Below, one piece after another: positions 1-12,926 of a DNA stretch of 64,000 nt. The notes below the pieces were generated by a model. It saw only the letters and a program-made list of their open reading frames with translations. It was not told the origin of the DNA and ran no database searches. The stretch is taken from the NCBI RefSeq assembly GCF_006345805.1, contig NC_043020.1, positions 28,768,001-28,832,000 of the forward strand, read 5' to 3'. Made by a program: the position numbers and the translations under genes. Numbering within the stretch: the first letter of the stretch is position 1; every line of letters begins with the position of its first letter. This DNA comes from Octopus sinensis. Lineage: Eukaryota.

Positions 1-1279
1 AATCATTGTGTGTCTGACCCCAATCAGGCTGTATTGTCCCCCTCTATGTTTGGGCCCTTGTGGCTAATAAAGAAATTGGTTGATGCCAGTTCTGCCTGAC
101 TGGCCTTTTACATGGCACTGGCACCAGTGAGGTTACCAAGTAACTTGCAAGACAAAAGATCCCTCAGCTGAGGAGGGGTACAGTATTGAGAGCAGAAGCT
201 GTGTTGGAGATAAAAGCTTTTATGGATGTGCTGTGTTTAAAAATACAATATATATATATTGGAATTGGACATAAATGTGTGTGGAATTTGATATATATAT
301 ATGTATGTGTATATATATATGTATGTGTGTATGTATATATATATATGTATGTATGGGTGTATGTATGTATGTGTGTATGTATGTGTGTATGTATGTATGT
401 ATGTGTGTAAGTATGTATGTGTGTATGCATGTATGTGTGTGTATGAGTGTGTATGTATGTGTGTATGTATGTATGCATGTATGTGTGTGTATGCATGTAT
501 GTATGTGTGTGTGTATGCATGTATGTGGCAGCAGCTAGTGAGAATGTCAGATGCATTTTGGCTTTGTCGATGATGTGTTCACAAAGACAGACATGCCCAG
601 ACGAGATTTGTTGCCTCTGATGTAGGAAACGGTGTAGAATGCATTCACTGATACGCTGAACAACTGCTGGGGTGAATAAATAATCTGGTGGATGCAACTG
701 AACCAGTATTAAATTAAAACAGCCATTGTGCTAAACACAGCACATCCAGTAGAGATTTTACCTCAGATGAAAACCACAGCATCTTGCCTGTCAGCAATGT
801 ATATACATCATGTATGATACATAGGTAGCTTTTTTGATCTAAAACAACATCAGTTGTGTACACTTGACATTGAACAGAATGTATTTGCTATTAACAATAT
901 GCATACCACAGATGCATGTAAGCATTTCTTATCTTTCGATATGACGTATGGATGGTTAAAAGACATGTTGGACTTGGCTATGAACGTTGTGGGTTACCAT
1001 TGTGAGAATTTCTAGACAGGGCTTGGTTAATTGATATGCGGTTTAACCTACGTGCTGTTACATATTAAAACAAACTCTGAACTGTGTTTGATAAACATTT
1101 ATTTATATATATGTGCTTATCGCAATATTTACATAATTATACAGATGCTAATCAGGGCTATGTTGTGGCCTGTCAGCAGTAAATGAAGTTTAATTATGAC
1201 AGATAAGAATGGCTTCATGTGAGAGGTGGGGAAATACTATTCGTAGCTTCGATCAACATCAATGGAAATTGTAGCTGTG

Positions 1280-1605
1280 ATACCAGTGCCGATGGCACGT
1301 AAGAGAACCATCTGAACGTGGCTGTTGCCAGTGCCGCCCCGACTGGCCTCCATGTTGGTGGCATGTAAAATGCACCATCCGATTGTGGCCGTTGCCAGCC
1401 TCATCTGGCCCCGTGCCGGTGGCACGTAAAAAGCACCCACTACACTCAAGGAGGGTTGGCGTTAGGAAGGGTATCCAGCCATAGAAACACTGCCAGATCA
1501 GACTGGGCCTAGCGCAGCCTTCTGGCTTCTCAGACCCCAGTTGAACCGTCCAACCCATGCTAGCATGGAAAACGGACGTTAAACGATGATGATGATGATG
1601 ATGAT
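1280..1605 (+). mobile_element. Family C retroposon (…ggttggcgttaggaagggcatcc…ggacgttaaacgatgatgatg tail)
   Basis: (GAT)n-tailed repeat. Other copies at ~19195-19426, 22735-22921, 23712-24046, 47380-47605, 49300-49520 (+) and 26358-26650, 35790-35990, 46595-46780, 52255-52445, 56970-57270 (-). Confidence 0.8.
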
Positions 1606-2597
1606 AGTCAATGACTCCTTTAACTCAGGGTTGAATAGCAACCAAGGAACCAGCTTTCTTATGGACTTGTCCGTATCACCTATGTGCACTTCTGATTAAG
1701 AACTGACTAGCTGCTTATTTATATGTGGCAAGAGGTAATGATATGGTGTTCATGGTACATGCTTGGAGAAGTGCATTGTAGATGAAGAGATTCATTTAAA
1801 CACAAGTCAAGCAGACCCCCCACCACCACACTACAAAACTTCAGGCCTTGTACTAACAGTGGAGAGGCTTATCATTATTATTATTCCACCAAGGTCGACT
1901 TTATTTTTCATCCATTCAGGGGTCGATAAATTAAGTACCAGTTGCATACTGGGGTTGATGCGATTGACTGGTCCCCTTCCCTGAAATTTCAGGCATTGTG
2001 CTTATAATAGAAAGGATTATTATTATTATTATTATATATGAAGATGGCAAGCTGGCAGAATCATTACCACATTGGACAAAAGGCTCAACAGCATTTCATA
2101 TATCTTTATGTTCTGGGTTCAAATTCTGCCCAAGTTGATTCTTCTTTTCATCCTTTCAGGGTCAATAAATTAAGTACCAGTGAAACACTGAGGTCAATGT
2201 AATCGACTAGCCCCTTCCTCTAAAATTTCAGGCATGGTGGTGCCTATAGTAGAAAGGATTATTATTATTATTACTACTACTACGAAGAAAGCATTTTATG
2301 TTAGAATGAAAATGCTATAATTAAAAAAGCAACAATTTTAATGGCAAAAATTAATCATTATTAATTATTTTATTGAAACCATGTATTGCTCACTATAATC
2401 TAATAACAATTTTAGGGGTGAAGACGGGGTACAGGGACTTTCTTGGTTCATAAAAAAAAGAATTTGAACATTGTCAAAAAATGATTAGCAGTGTTACACA
2501 ATGAAAAATGTTAACAAAAATTCGTAAGAACAACAAATAAATAATTAAATAAATGATGTGTGTGTGTTGTGTGTGTACAGGTTGTAGCTATATTTAC

Positions 2598-2627
2598 CTT
2601 TTTCTAAATCTTTTCTTCCAGTATCTC
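2598..2627 (-). CDS. Candidate 30-nt micro-exon ((R)DTGRKDLEK(G))
   Basis: ctaat branch point, poly-T tract and ag acceptor; donor AAAG|gtaaat. Phase 1 to 1, in frame with exon 5437-5488. Confidence 0.5.
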
Positions 2628-2696
2628 CTAAAAGTTGAAAAAAAAATTAGATATAAATTAATTGCTTTTAATGGTGATTTTATGCTAAAGTTTCAG

Positions 2697-2741
<45 letters not shown>

Positions 2742-2926
2742 GTGTATGTGTGTGTGTAGCTGAATAGTGAAGAATAAATACTTATATCCTTTTCCTTGTA
2801 TAAAAAATAAACTTATATGCGCACGCCACACACTTAGGGCAAATATCTACTTTGGCCTTGGACTGACCAAAACCTTGAGAGTGGACTTGATGCATGAAAA
2901 GCTGAAATGCATCTAATTTTGAGGAA

Positions 2927-3352
2927 TAGGTGTGGCCATGTGGTAAGAAGTTTGCTTGTCAACCGCATGGTTCCAGGCTCAATCCCACTGCATGGCACCT
3001 TGGGTAAATGTCTGCTATTATAGCCCCAAGCTGATCAAGGCACTGTGAGTGGAGTTGGTAGATGGAAACTCAAAGAATCCCATCACACACACACACACAT
3101 ACATGTCTATATCTGTGGGTGTCTTTGTGCTTGCCTTTGTTCCCCATCACTGCTTGACAACTGGTGTTGGTTTGTTTACGTCCCCACATATGCGTTTGAC
3201 AATTGCTGTTGGTTTGTGTACGTCACCATAACCGATAGACTAAATACTAGACGTTAAACAAAAAAGTCCTGGGATCGATTTGGTTGATTAAAACCCTTCA
3301 AGGCAGTGCTCCAGCGTGGTCGAGAGCCAATGATTGAAACAAGAGAAAAACA
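2927..3352 (+). mobile_element. SINE family A (tRNA-like head, ~400 bp)
   Basis: Head ggtgtggccatgtggtaag...ggttccaggctcaatccc; homologous to many copies in the window. Confidence 0.75.
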
Positions 3353-5007
3353 AGACAACACACACACACACACACACACCAAAATGAAAGTAGCTGCTGG
3401 CTGAAAAGTGAAAGTAGGCATAAAACTCAATGGTCTCCGACCTCTGTTCAAAGGCTGTCCTCCCGTGATTTTACGACCTTTCATTCTTCAGGCAGGTATT
3501 TCAGGCTATCTTATCCAATATGTCTTAAAAGGAGAGAAGGACACGCAGAGAGTAGGGCGGGACATAAAAAGATTTGGGCATAAACAAAAGACAAGATGGT
3601 CACATTTGGAATAGGGGACGATCACGGTTGAAACGCTTTTAAAAGACGCATTGGTCATGGTCGGAACACTTCAAAAAAACACGGGAGGATTACAGTTGAA
3701 ACGCTTTTAAGAGACGCGTTGGTCACAGGTTGAAAGAATTTAAAGAGTTGGGATGTTCGCCGTTGGAACGTACATTTAGCAGGAAACATATCTTTAACTT
3801 TGCTCATCCGTGCAACCCCGTCTACGATCTGTTTCAGACTTTAAACTACAGACACAACTATTGTTTTAGAAGCAGCGATTTTATACAAATGGAGATAGCA
3901 TCCTCTATAACACAAGAAGAATTTTGGGACGATGCTCGCTCACCACCAGGCACATATGCGACATTTGCAGCAAATCAAATGTATTTTTATTTTAAGGAAT
4001 AGCAGATCCACGAAATAAATAATCACAGAACACAACTAATGGTACTAAACAAAGAGAAAACTAAAGGTAGGAGAAAATACCAGTAACGTTTTAGTGTTAA
4101 TCACTCCCGTACGGTTGGCCCATAACCTCGGGCAGCCAGAAGACGTCTCCAATAATCTCGGTTCCTAAGCATAGTCGCCTGTATCTTACATGGAAATGCT
4201 AAGCTGCTTCGGATCGATGTAGAAGTTGATAAATTACGAATGGGGATTCATAAAAAAAGTGAAAACTTCTTTTGTGAAAGTGAAAATAGAGTTTTATACT
4301 TTAAGATCAGCAATTTTTTCAAGCGATTCAAGAGGATGGTGCGCAGAATAAACCCCAACTTTCTATTGTAACCTTAACCGCCGTGTGGTTGGTCTAACCC
4401 TCTAGAAATAACAGTCTAAAATCGCCCTAAACCATCTTAAAATAAAAAAAGGCTACATTATATTATATCATGCAGCTTTTAATAAAGAAAAAAATAATAA
4501 GTTGTTGGTCACCTCTGAAATGATTGATAATAAATATGTTCGATCAAGGTTGAATTAGTGTTAAACAATAAATTCCACGATCTTAATTGCTCTCAATAAA
4601 AAATTAGAAAAAGATGCGGTCGTTTGATGCTAAAAGTGTAGGTGTGTGAAATATTGGTCTGCAGAACTGGTGTATGGCAGAATGATTTCGGCTGTGCTCC
4701 TTCATGGGAACAAGGAGGGAAATAACTGAAAGCAATCAAAGATCCTTCCTAGGATTTGTTGCCGAATTTTTACGTTAGAGATTCCACAGTTAAAAGCCAG
4801 AAGCTCACATGATGCAGCAGCTACCATTTATTCGAAAATATGTCAAACGGCCAAAATTTTGTCTAAGTGTACACACACACACACACACATACATACATAT
4901 AATTACACACACGCACATACACACATATGTACACACATCTATATATATTATTAATAATCGGCAGAAGTTAGAGTGACTCAAGGACCTACAGTTTCGTGCA
5001 CTGGCAC

Positions 5008-5075
<68 letters not shown>

Positions 5076-5436
5076 TATATATATAAATATATATGTATAT
5101 ATATATATGAACATATATATATATATATGAACTTTACTTTGTTATATATATATATAATATATATATATATATACATACATTTATGTACTTATAAGCAAAA
5201 GGGATGTTTAAATACTCGAAAAATAAACTCCAGAACGGGAATCGTAATAGCTGCGACTCTGTGCAGCTCGAAATGCTAAAAGAACACTTATTCCTGTAAA
5301 GAGATGCGGCGAAGATGAGAGATGCTGCAGTTGGTAATTTATGGAGCAAACATCCACGCATCCAGACACTAATTGATGCCTTTAGGTCGAATACCGACAC
5401 CGAACGAAGCTCAAAGAGAAATGAAACATGACATAC

Positions 5437-5488
5437 GTGGCGTGGTACACAAATCCTCAAATTCTGAAGACGTGGCCATGCTGTGGTG
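5437..5488 (-). CDS. Candidate exon with strong-context ATG at 5479 (HHS-MATSSEFEDLCTTP)
   Basis: Acceptor ttcctcctctgccacag, agcATGG Kozak context, donor CCAC|gtatgt (phase 1). Confidence 0.45.
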
Positions 5489-5776
5489 CTGTGGCAGAGG
5501 AGGAATTCTCTCGGAATACACGTTACTTTTGTCGCAATACGCAAAGAAGAAATTAACATGGGCGCACTTGGCCGTACAGAGTTATCTACCCTTGACTTTG
5601 AAACAAAAAACCTGCCAAATTGAAGCCGTTTTTTTTTTTTAATTATTATTATTATTTTATTTTGTTTCTTTTTTTTATGTACTTTGGTAAATAAAGGAAT
5701 TGTGTTGGTTCTTGCGTAACTCGTGGCAGGAATTCCACAGTTATTTTGTAAAAGTAAAAAAATAATAAAACAAACA

Positions 5777-5816
<40 letters not shown>

Positions 5817-5994
5817 AAAAATTGTTAACGTCAGTAATTTAGAAACACTCGGGAGAACGTGAAAGAATTCTCCTTTGGAATTGGATCTCGAAGCACATAT
5901 GAAGCTATAAGTAATATTTTCAGACATAAGCACGATGCTTGGAATATTGGTGGGGGCGGGGTATGGCGGAGGCTGTCGTACTTATAGCATTTAG

Positions 5995-6402
5995 GGCGGC
6001 GAGCTGGCAGAACCGTTAGCACGCCGGGCGAAATGCTTAGCGGTATTTCGTTTGCCGTTACGTTCTGAGTTCAAATTCCGCCGAGGTCGACATTACCTTT
6101 TATCTTTTCGGGGTCGATTAAATAAGTACCAGTTACGCTCTGGTGTCGATGTAATCGACTTAATCCCTTTGTCTGTCCTTGTTTGTCCCCTCTATGTTTA
6201 GCCCCTTGTGGGTAATAAAGAAATAGGTATTTCGTCTGCCGTTACGTTCTGAGTTCAAATTCCGCCGAGGTCGACATTGCCTTTCATTTTTTTGGGATCG
6301 TTTAAATAAGTACCAGTTATGCACTGGGATCGATGTAATCGACTTAAACCCTTTGTCCTTGTTTGTCCCGTCTGTGTTTAGCCCCCTGCGAGCAATAAAG
6401 AA
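5995..6402 (+). mobile_element. SINE family B (ggcggcgagctggcagaa head) with duplicated body
   Basis: Body gttctgagttcaaattccgccgaggtcgac...aagtaccagttacgcactgggg repeated twice. Other copies at ~1880-2270, 7560-7920, 9575-9780, 12160-12550, 39690-39870, 47675-47890. Confidence 0.8.
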
Positions 6403-7200
6403 CTTTATATCATTGAAAGATGAAAAGCAGAGTCGGCCACAATTGAATTTAAATTGAAAAAGTAAAGACGGACGAAATGCTGCTCAGCAACTTGTCCGGC
6501 ATGCTAACGGTTCTACCATCTCACTCCCTTATGCAGCTATAAATAATTATTTCTGTTATAGGCACAAAGCCTGATATTTTGTGGGGAAAGGGGTTAGTCG
6601 ACTATGCCCGACCTCAGTGTTCAAACGGTACTTACTTCATGGCAAAGTCGACCTTGGGTGAGTTTGAACTCAGAACGTAAGGCCGGACGAAATGCCGTTA
6701 AGCATTTCGTCGTCCGACCTACTAAAGATTCTGCCAATTTGCCGCCTTTATAAACCTATAAATAACAGTATATAAATATTAGTTGAAAGACCCTTTTCGA
6801 TAAAAAAAAGTCGAAGGCTGCCCGTGTAACTCATGTTCACATCTCCCATAGTTTTATATGTGCTTCGAGGCCCTGTTCCGAAAAAGAATTATTTTTAAAA
6901 ACAGAAAATGTGTCGAACGGAAATAGCTTCAGTATGGCATGAAATCGGATATATAAATCTTTCTTTAATATGAGTCGGCAACGGTACGACCAAATTGGAA
7001 ATGGAAATGCTGTAACAAATATTTGCACTACATTTTATCTTCATAACACAGAAAAGGGTATTTGGCTGGATTTGAACCTACAGTAGCAGTTAATGGAACA
7101 AAGTACATTAGATTCCCTACCGAGCTATGAGTTCTAAATACCTCTTCAAGTAAACCAAAGTATACAGTATTAGAGATCCAATACAGCCGATCTTACTCAC

Positions 7201-7294
7201 CGGTTTCACACTGGGTATAAAAACTGATGCGACGTTAGATAACGGCACGCGCTCTTCAGAGATGGCTAGTTTGGTAAAATATGGTGTCTTCTCT
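7201..7294 (-). other. Candidate exon (5' UTR or coding, EKTPYFTKLAISEERVPLSNVASVFIPSVKP) of an unrecognised gene
   Basis: Acceptor tttttcacttccaatcacag, donor CCG|gtgagt. The only open frame ends in phase 0, matching exon 5488. Confidence 0.4.
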
Positions 7295-7703
7295 CTGTGA
7301 TTGGAAGTGAAAAATGTCACATTCATAATCTTAAAATATTTATTTAACTTAGAGATAATATAGCTCATATAATTTGTATATAAATGTGTCTATTATAGGT
7401 TATGCCTTCGAATCGGTTTGTTTTACAAATAAGACCAATGTTGTGTGTAGCTTACGTTTCCATATTTAAAATGGCGTTTGTTTAAAAGTATTATGTACGT
7501 AGACCATAACAGAATAAGAGTAAACCGGACAATATACTTTGTGTCATTTCTTTTGGCTTTATATTTAGAGTTCAAATTTCGTTGAGGTCGACTTTGGCAT
7601 CCTTTCTGGGTCAATAAAATAAGTACCTGTCGAGTTCAGGGGTTGATGTAATCGACTGGCCCTTCCCCTCCTGCCCCATATTTCAGGTCTTGTGCCTACA
7701 GAG

Positions 7704-7889
7704 CAGTGCTCTGCAACCTTTTTTCATTTGCGACACACCTATATTCCTTTCAAAATTCGGCGGCACACCTGAACAAGATATATAACTAAAAGTATAGGAG
7801 GAAAAATTATATTCAGGTTACACTGCGGCACACTTAGCATCGTCTCGTGGCACACCAGTGTGCCGCGGTATACCGGTTGTGGAGCACAG
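7704..7889. mobile_element. hAT MITE (186 bp) inserted into a SINE tail
   Basis: TIRs CAGTGCTCTGCAACC / GGTTGTGGAGCACAG; TSD CTACAGAG/CTATAGAG (7 of 8). Confidence 0.8.
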
Positions 7890-8297
7890 CTATAGAGGAA
7901 AGAATCATCATTATCATCATTCAGTAAGAGAGCAGTTCATGCCATCAAAGTGACACTGGGATACGAATATACGAAGCCCAATATACCCATCATGACTACC
8001 CGTCTCATAAGGGTACACTGGGCACAAGCATATGTCCGCGAAATGGCCATCTCACATCAAGATAAACAGTGCATGACCTTGCTGGTAGGACCCAGTTAGA
8101 TTTTTCTCCACGTTAAGTAGCCCATCCCGCTCAAAAGGTCCCTGAATAAAGGTTGTTTGAGGACGATGAACGAAACACCCATGTTTCCAGAGGCGAATCT
8201 TTCGAACCCCAGATAATTCCTCTCAACACATGGCTATGATGCTCCCACACTACTCCTGCTTGCGATCAGAGATATACATATCATCCATCATCCACTA

Positions 8298-8498
8298 CAG
8301 TGGTTTTCAACCAGGGTTCCGCCATTACAGTCCAGGGGTTCCGCAAGAAGTTACAAAACTGCTAAAATCGGCAGTAATTTTTAATTCTCCTGGGCAGATA
8401 TGTGTGCATAACACTATTAAATTATTGCACAGGGGTTCCTCGAGCCAGTGGAATGTTTCCTTGGGGTTCCGCTCCAGCAAAAATGTTGAAAAGCACTG
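8298..8498. mobile_element. hAT MITE (201 bp)
   Basis: TIRs CAGTGGTTTTCAAC / GTTGAAAAGCACTG (13 of 14); perfect 8-bp TSD ATCCACTA. Confidence 0.9.
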
Positions 8499-8734
8499 AT
8501 CCACTAAAAGACATGCTGAACTGGTTAAGGTCAAGCAACTGACAAGCACATCTTTGGCGTTGAGCAGAATATTTGCTGAAGCTCATCTTTTACACCAAGA
8601 TAAAATATGTACATGTTAACACTCCCAATTAAAATTAAAATAAAATAAATTATTATTATCATTTCTTCCATATATGCTGTATTCTGTGTTTACTTGCATT
8701 CATCACCTTTGTTAATCCTGAATACCCGGTGTAC

Positions 8735-9064
8735 CCTTTTACCTTTTTACTTGTTTCATTCATTAGACTACGGTCATGCTGGGGCACCGCCTTGAAGAAT
8801 CTTAGTCGTATGAATCGAGACCGGTACTTATTTTTTTTTGTAAAGCCGGGTATTTATTCTACTGGGGACGTAAATACACCAATACCGGCTGTCAAGCGGT
8901 GGTAGGGGAAAATACACACACATACATGTATATATATACATATATATGTGTGTGTGTGTGTAGATAATTGGCGGGTACATATGTATGTATGTACGTACGT
9001 TTGTATGTATGTATGTATGTATGTATTTATTATGTATGTATGTATGTATGTATGTATGTATGTG

Positions 9065-9096
<32 letters not shown>

Positions 9097-9455
9097 TGTG
9101 TGTATGTATGTATGTATGTATGTATGTATGTATGTATGTGTGTGCGTGTGTAGATAATTGATGGGTACATATACATGTATGCATGTGTATATATATATAT
9201 ATATACATACATGCATACATGTATATGTACCCTACTCACCAGGAATCCCATGCTAGGGGTTTTTCTCTCCTCCGTAATACACGTACACACACATACTCAC
9301 ACAAATACACGACGGGCTTCTTTCAGTTTCCGTCTTCTAAATCCATTCACAAGGCTTTGATCTGCCTGAGGCTATAGTAGAAGACACTTGCCCAAGGTGC
9401 CACGCAGTGGGACTGAACCCGGAACCATGTGGTTGGTAAACAAGCTACTTACCAA
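8735..9455 (-). mobile_element. SINE family A with an expanded internal (TATG)n tract
   Basis: Family A sequence split by a ~300-bp microsatellite expansion. Confidence 0.75.
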
Positions 9456-9999
9456 CAAGCTACTTGGTTGGGAAACAAAGATAGTATACTTTTTCCTAAA
9501 ATCATTCCCTTCCTGTGTAAATCCCCTCACTTTATGTCTGTCTGTATCCTCTCCCCCTCCCCCTGGCACGTGCTGGCAGAATCGTTAGTTCGTCGGGGAA
9601 AATGCTTAGCGGCATTTCTTTCAGCTCTTCACTTCCTCAGTTCAAATCCTGCTGAGGTTCACTTCGCCTGTCATCCTTTTGTGGTCGATAAAATAAGTAC
9701 CAGTCGAGCACTGGGGTCAATGTAATCGACTTGCTTTCATCCCCACAAAATTTCACGTCTTATGTCTAAAGCAAAAGGAATTAAATGTTGTCACCGATGT
9801 TGCTGTTACGGTGCCCAGTCTAATGGTTGTGTGTGTTCATGACGATAAGGTCCTTGGTTCGATTCCTGGGACATGTGACGCATTGTGTCCTTGAACAACG
9901 GCACTTCATTTCCTATTGTTCCAGTGTACTCAGCTGGAAAAGAAATACCAGCCAAGTACTGGTGCATCCCTCTCCTCTCCTTATAACCTCCCTACCACT

Positions 10000-12130
10000 A
10001 TCATGTTGATAGGCTTGTTGGCTTTTATCTGACTGTATAGAGATACGTATCTCTTATTGTCAACAACCGTGTTTGGCTGATGATCCATACTACTTCTCAG
10101 TCATCTTAATATTTTAACGCCCACAGGTACATTGCTGCCTTGAACCACTTCTGGATGTCTAGTTTTAGGCCTCTGCTAGTTTTAGACATCCAAAGACAAT
10201 ATTTTAATGTCCACGGGTACACCGCTGCCTTGTACCGCTTCTGGATGTATATAGTCTCTGCTAGTTTTAGGCATCCAAAGACAATGTGGCAATTAATTTA
10301 TCCATCTTATCCACAGATCCTGCATTGTAGATTCATTCCGTCCTTGATGATGCGATGGTGATAGGATCTGGTTGCAAGACTAATATTATGCAGTGACTAT
10401 GAAGACCCGTCTCTATCGTCAGTCTTAAAATTCTAATGTGTCTTCATTTAGTCGATGTACAAATCAATTTAGACTACTTCACGTGCATTATCTTGTCCCC
10501 ACTCCCCAAATTTTCTACAGGTGAAGCTGACATTGGCATCTTGATGCATGCTTTACTCTTTTTGAGTAAATGGTATTCGCCCCGTTTCCTACAGGTGGAG
10601 TTTCAGGGTTACCAAACACTTTTTTTTTGAAGTGTGTTGCTTTTTTCTTGAGAGGAAGTATATCTGATGTTTTTAATTGGAAGACGCACATTTTCTGTTT
10701 TTAACAGATTCGCACTCAGCCCATTTGTGATATTTTCGGAGGTCAGTTGGAGCTGGACTGGATTTTGATTTTCTAGAGCTCTCGACCTGTACAGCTTATC
10801 GATACCTGCTTTTGTGGATATTGGTGGTGATGGATGTTCTTTACGGTCAACATCTTCCATTGTTGTAGTGCTAAGTCTCTTGATGTCGTTCATTTTCCAC
10901 TCAATGTTGTATTTGTAAGTTACTACAAGCATTAGCGTAGCAGGGGCGGTACTTTTACAGAGGCGGCACTTTGGGGTCTGCTGTAGGCAATGTGTTTTTT
11001 TATGGGATCCGAGGGTGGCAGACGGAAGGGCTGCCCCGAGCGGCAAGCGGAAGGGCTGCCTCGAGCAGTACACACTCTAGCTACATAGTGACTACAAGTA
11101 TTGCTCTCCACCTCTCTTAATCATCTCCATTATTGGGTGTTGTGTACTGTATCTTCATTATGGGGTACTTGTACACGCCGTCCTGAACTAGCTCCTTGAT
11201 AAAAGAATGAATATCGTTTAAAACGAATTTGAAGTTTGGGTCGGTGCTTCCTCTGTTGGAAGTGGCTTTAGCACACTTGTAGTGAACTCCATTCTGATGT
11301 TGCCACTGAAGATCACGACGATGAGTAAATGCTTCTGTCGGTCGCCATTCCTGGCAAACGACTTCAATTCATTACAGAGGTTCAGTCTGCCATTCTGTGA
11401 GTTGTACCCACAGCTGCTGTTGGTCAGTATATTGCTGAATGGTTCAAGTGCAAGGAAGGAGAACGATGGTGATAGTGAGTCCTCTTGAAAGATCCCGTTT
11501 CATACGGTGATTAATCCCGAAATTAAAGACCCATCTGCTTGGAGATTCAGAGTGGTCTTCCAGCACTTCATACTGCGATCAATTTCATAGTTGCTTGATA
11601 GACTCCGTTAATCTTGAGGCTTCCTCTATTCAAGAGCAGAGCACACTGCCTTCTTGTTGTCATTCCATACTGTTAGCAAGTTGCTTTTCTTTGATTTAAC
11701 TTCTTATAATACGACGATATTGATCAGCAGCTTGTCTTTGCATCCGTAACTTCCTTTCTTACACTTGTTTTGTTCTGCTGGCGATAGGTTTTTGTAGAGC
11801 CAGCTTTAGATTCTTACGCTAACAATGGAGGTAATGGTCGTGGACATTGTTGGCAGGCAGGTGGTAGGTCTATAATTCTTTTGGTCCTACCTCTCCTTTG
11901 TCCTTGAAAGAAAGTACTTGGAGCATTTCTCTAAATTTTTGATGATGTCATTTTAGGCACATACGAGGTTCTCGTGCTTGCTGAGAAGGTCCTTGATTCA
12001 GTCATTGGCAATTCCACCCCTCTCCAGAGCCTTCCAGAAGCATGTCTTGCTTATAGCAGCACAGGTCTCGAATATGTTGATGTATGACCATTTTTCGCTC
12101 AGTACGTATTTATGCTGGTCCTGTGTACCA
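10000..12130 (-). mobile_element. Decayed R4/Dong-clade non-LTR retrotransposon (RT, CCHC zinc knuckle, start of REL endonuclease)
   Basis: Frameshifted minus-strand motifs in the correct order: NYRPTTCLPT, KGSYGCKDKLLI, GIFQEDSLSP, AGIDKLY, TRSYHHRIIKDG..CRICG..HIVFGC, HQPNTVVDN..IKANKP. Confidence 0.8.
10930..11090. mobile_element. hAT-type MITE (161 bp) nested in the R4/Dong relic
   Basis: Perfect 8-bp TSD ACTACAAG (10922-10929 and 11091-11098) and degenerate TIRs (cattagcgtagc / gctacatagtg). Its removal rejoins AILVVTYKYNIEW of the LINE. Same family as 49044-49208. Confidence 0.8.
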
Positions 12131-12926
12131 TTTTTGGACAAAATGCCTTGCAGTATTCAGGTACGGCTCTTTATGTTCTCAGTTCAAATCCCGTCAAGTT
12201 CAGCATTACCTCTCATCCTTTCGCAGCCAATAAAATAAAGGACCAGTCAAGTAGAGGAGACGATGTTATCGTCTAACTTGCTCCCCTAAAATGTCTGGCT
12301 TTGTGTCAACGTTTGAAATAATTACTAAATGTGGCGAGCTGATAGAATCCTTATCGCACCGGATAAAAATGCATAGCAGCATTTGTTCCGGCTCCTTACG
12401 TTCTCAGCTCAAATCCTGTCGATATCAGCTCTGCCTTTCATCCTTTCGGGGTCGATAAAATGAAGCCCCAGTCAAGTACTGGAGTCGATGTAATGGACTA
12501 TCACTCGCCCCTAAAATTGCTAGCCCTCTGCCCAAATTGGAAAGCGTTATTTTATAACGATCTAAGAGCAAAACTATTGTTAATTCACATTGCTTCAAGT
12601 AGATCACCAATCATTAATAATAACAGAAGGCATTTCAGGATATTATTTTCTCTACTTTCAACTCGAAAAGTAACTTGAATTGCGATTTAGAAAATAGAAA
12701 TATTTCAATTAAACTAACATCATTCGCAACCTGAAATGCAAGGGAGACGACTTCAACTTTAATTTTTTTAATTATTTTTTACCAGCCATCAACCTTCACA
12801 TTTGCTCGCTGACAATAGTAACTAGCGTACAAAAAGAAACAGTTATTTGAGAAAAAGAATGCTTTTTATGGTATCAAAAATAAGGTTCATTGGTAAAGTA
12901 ATATAAAGGGTATATCTCATAATTTA

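Noticed and set aside
164-697. 177-aa minus ORF (MHPPDYLFTP...) and other Y/I/H/T/C/V-rich ORFs in the track
   Set aside because: Mostly translations of (TA)n, (TG)n, (TATG)n and (ATCT)n microsatellites. The unique 58-codon part has a weak acceptor, no donor before the microsatellite and no recognisable motif.
3408-4002. Plus-strand ORFs of 68 and 90 aa
   Set aside because: Only vague resemblance to LINE C-termini; no diagnostic motif or splice context.
4100-4230. Minus-strand frame MLRNRDYWRRLLAARGYGPT as an exon
   Set aside because: Poor acceptor, and a 16-mer (gttggcccataacctc) recurs at ~54007, suggesting repeat origin.
7198-7260. Hammerhead-like CTGAAGA...GAAACCGGT on the minus strand
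   Set aside because: Position 17 would be G (non-cleavable), stem II is poorly paired, and it overlaps a better-supported exon.
10609-11073. 154-aa minus ORF as a host gene
   Set aside because: Chimera of the hAT MITE and decayed R4/Dong LINE sequence.
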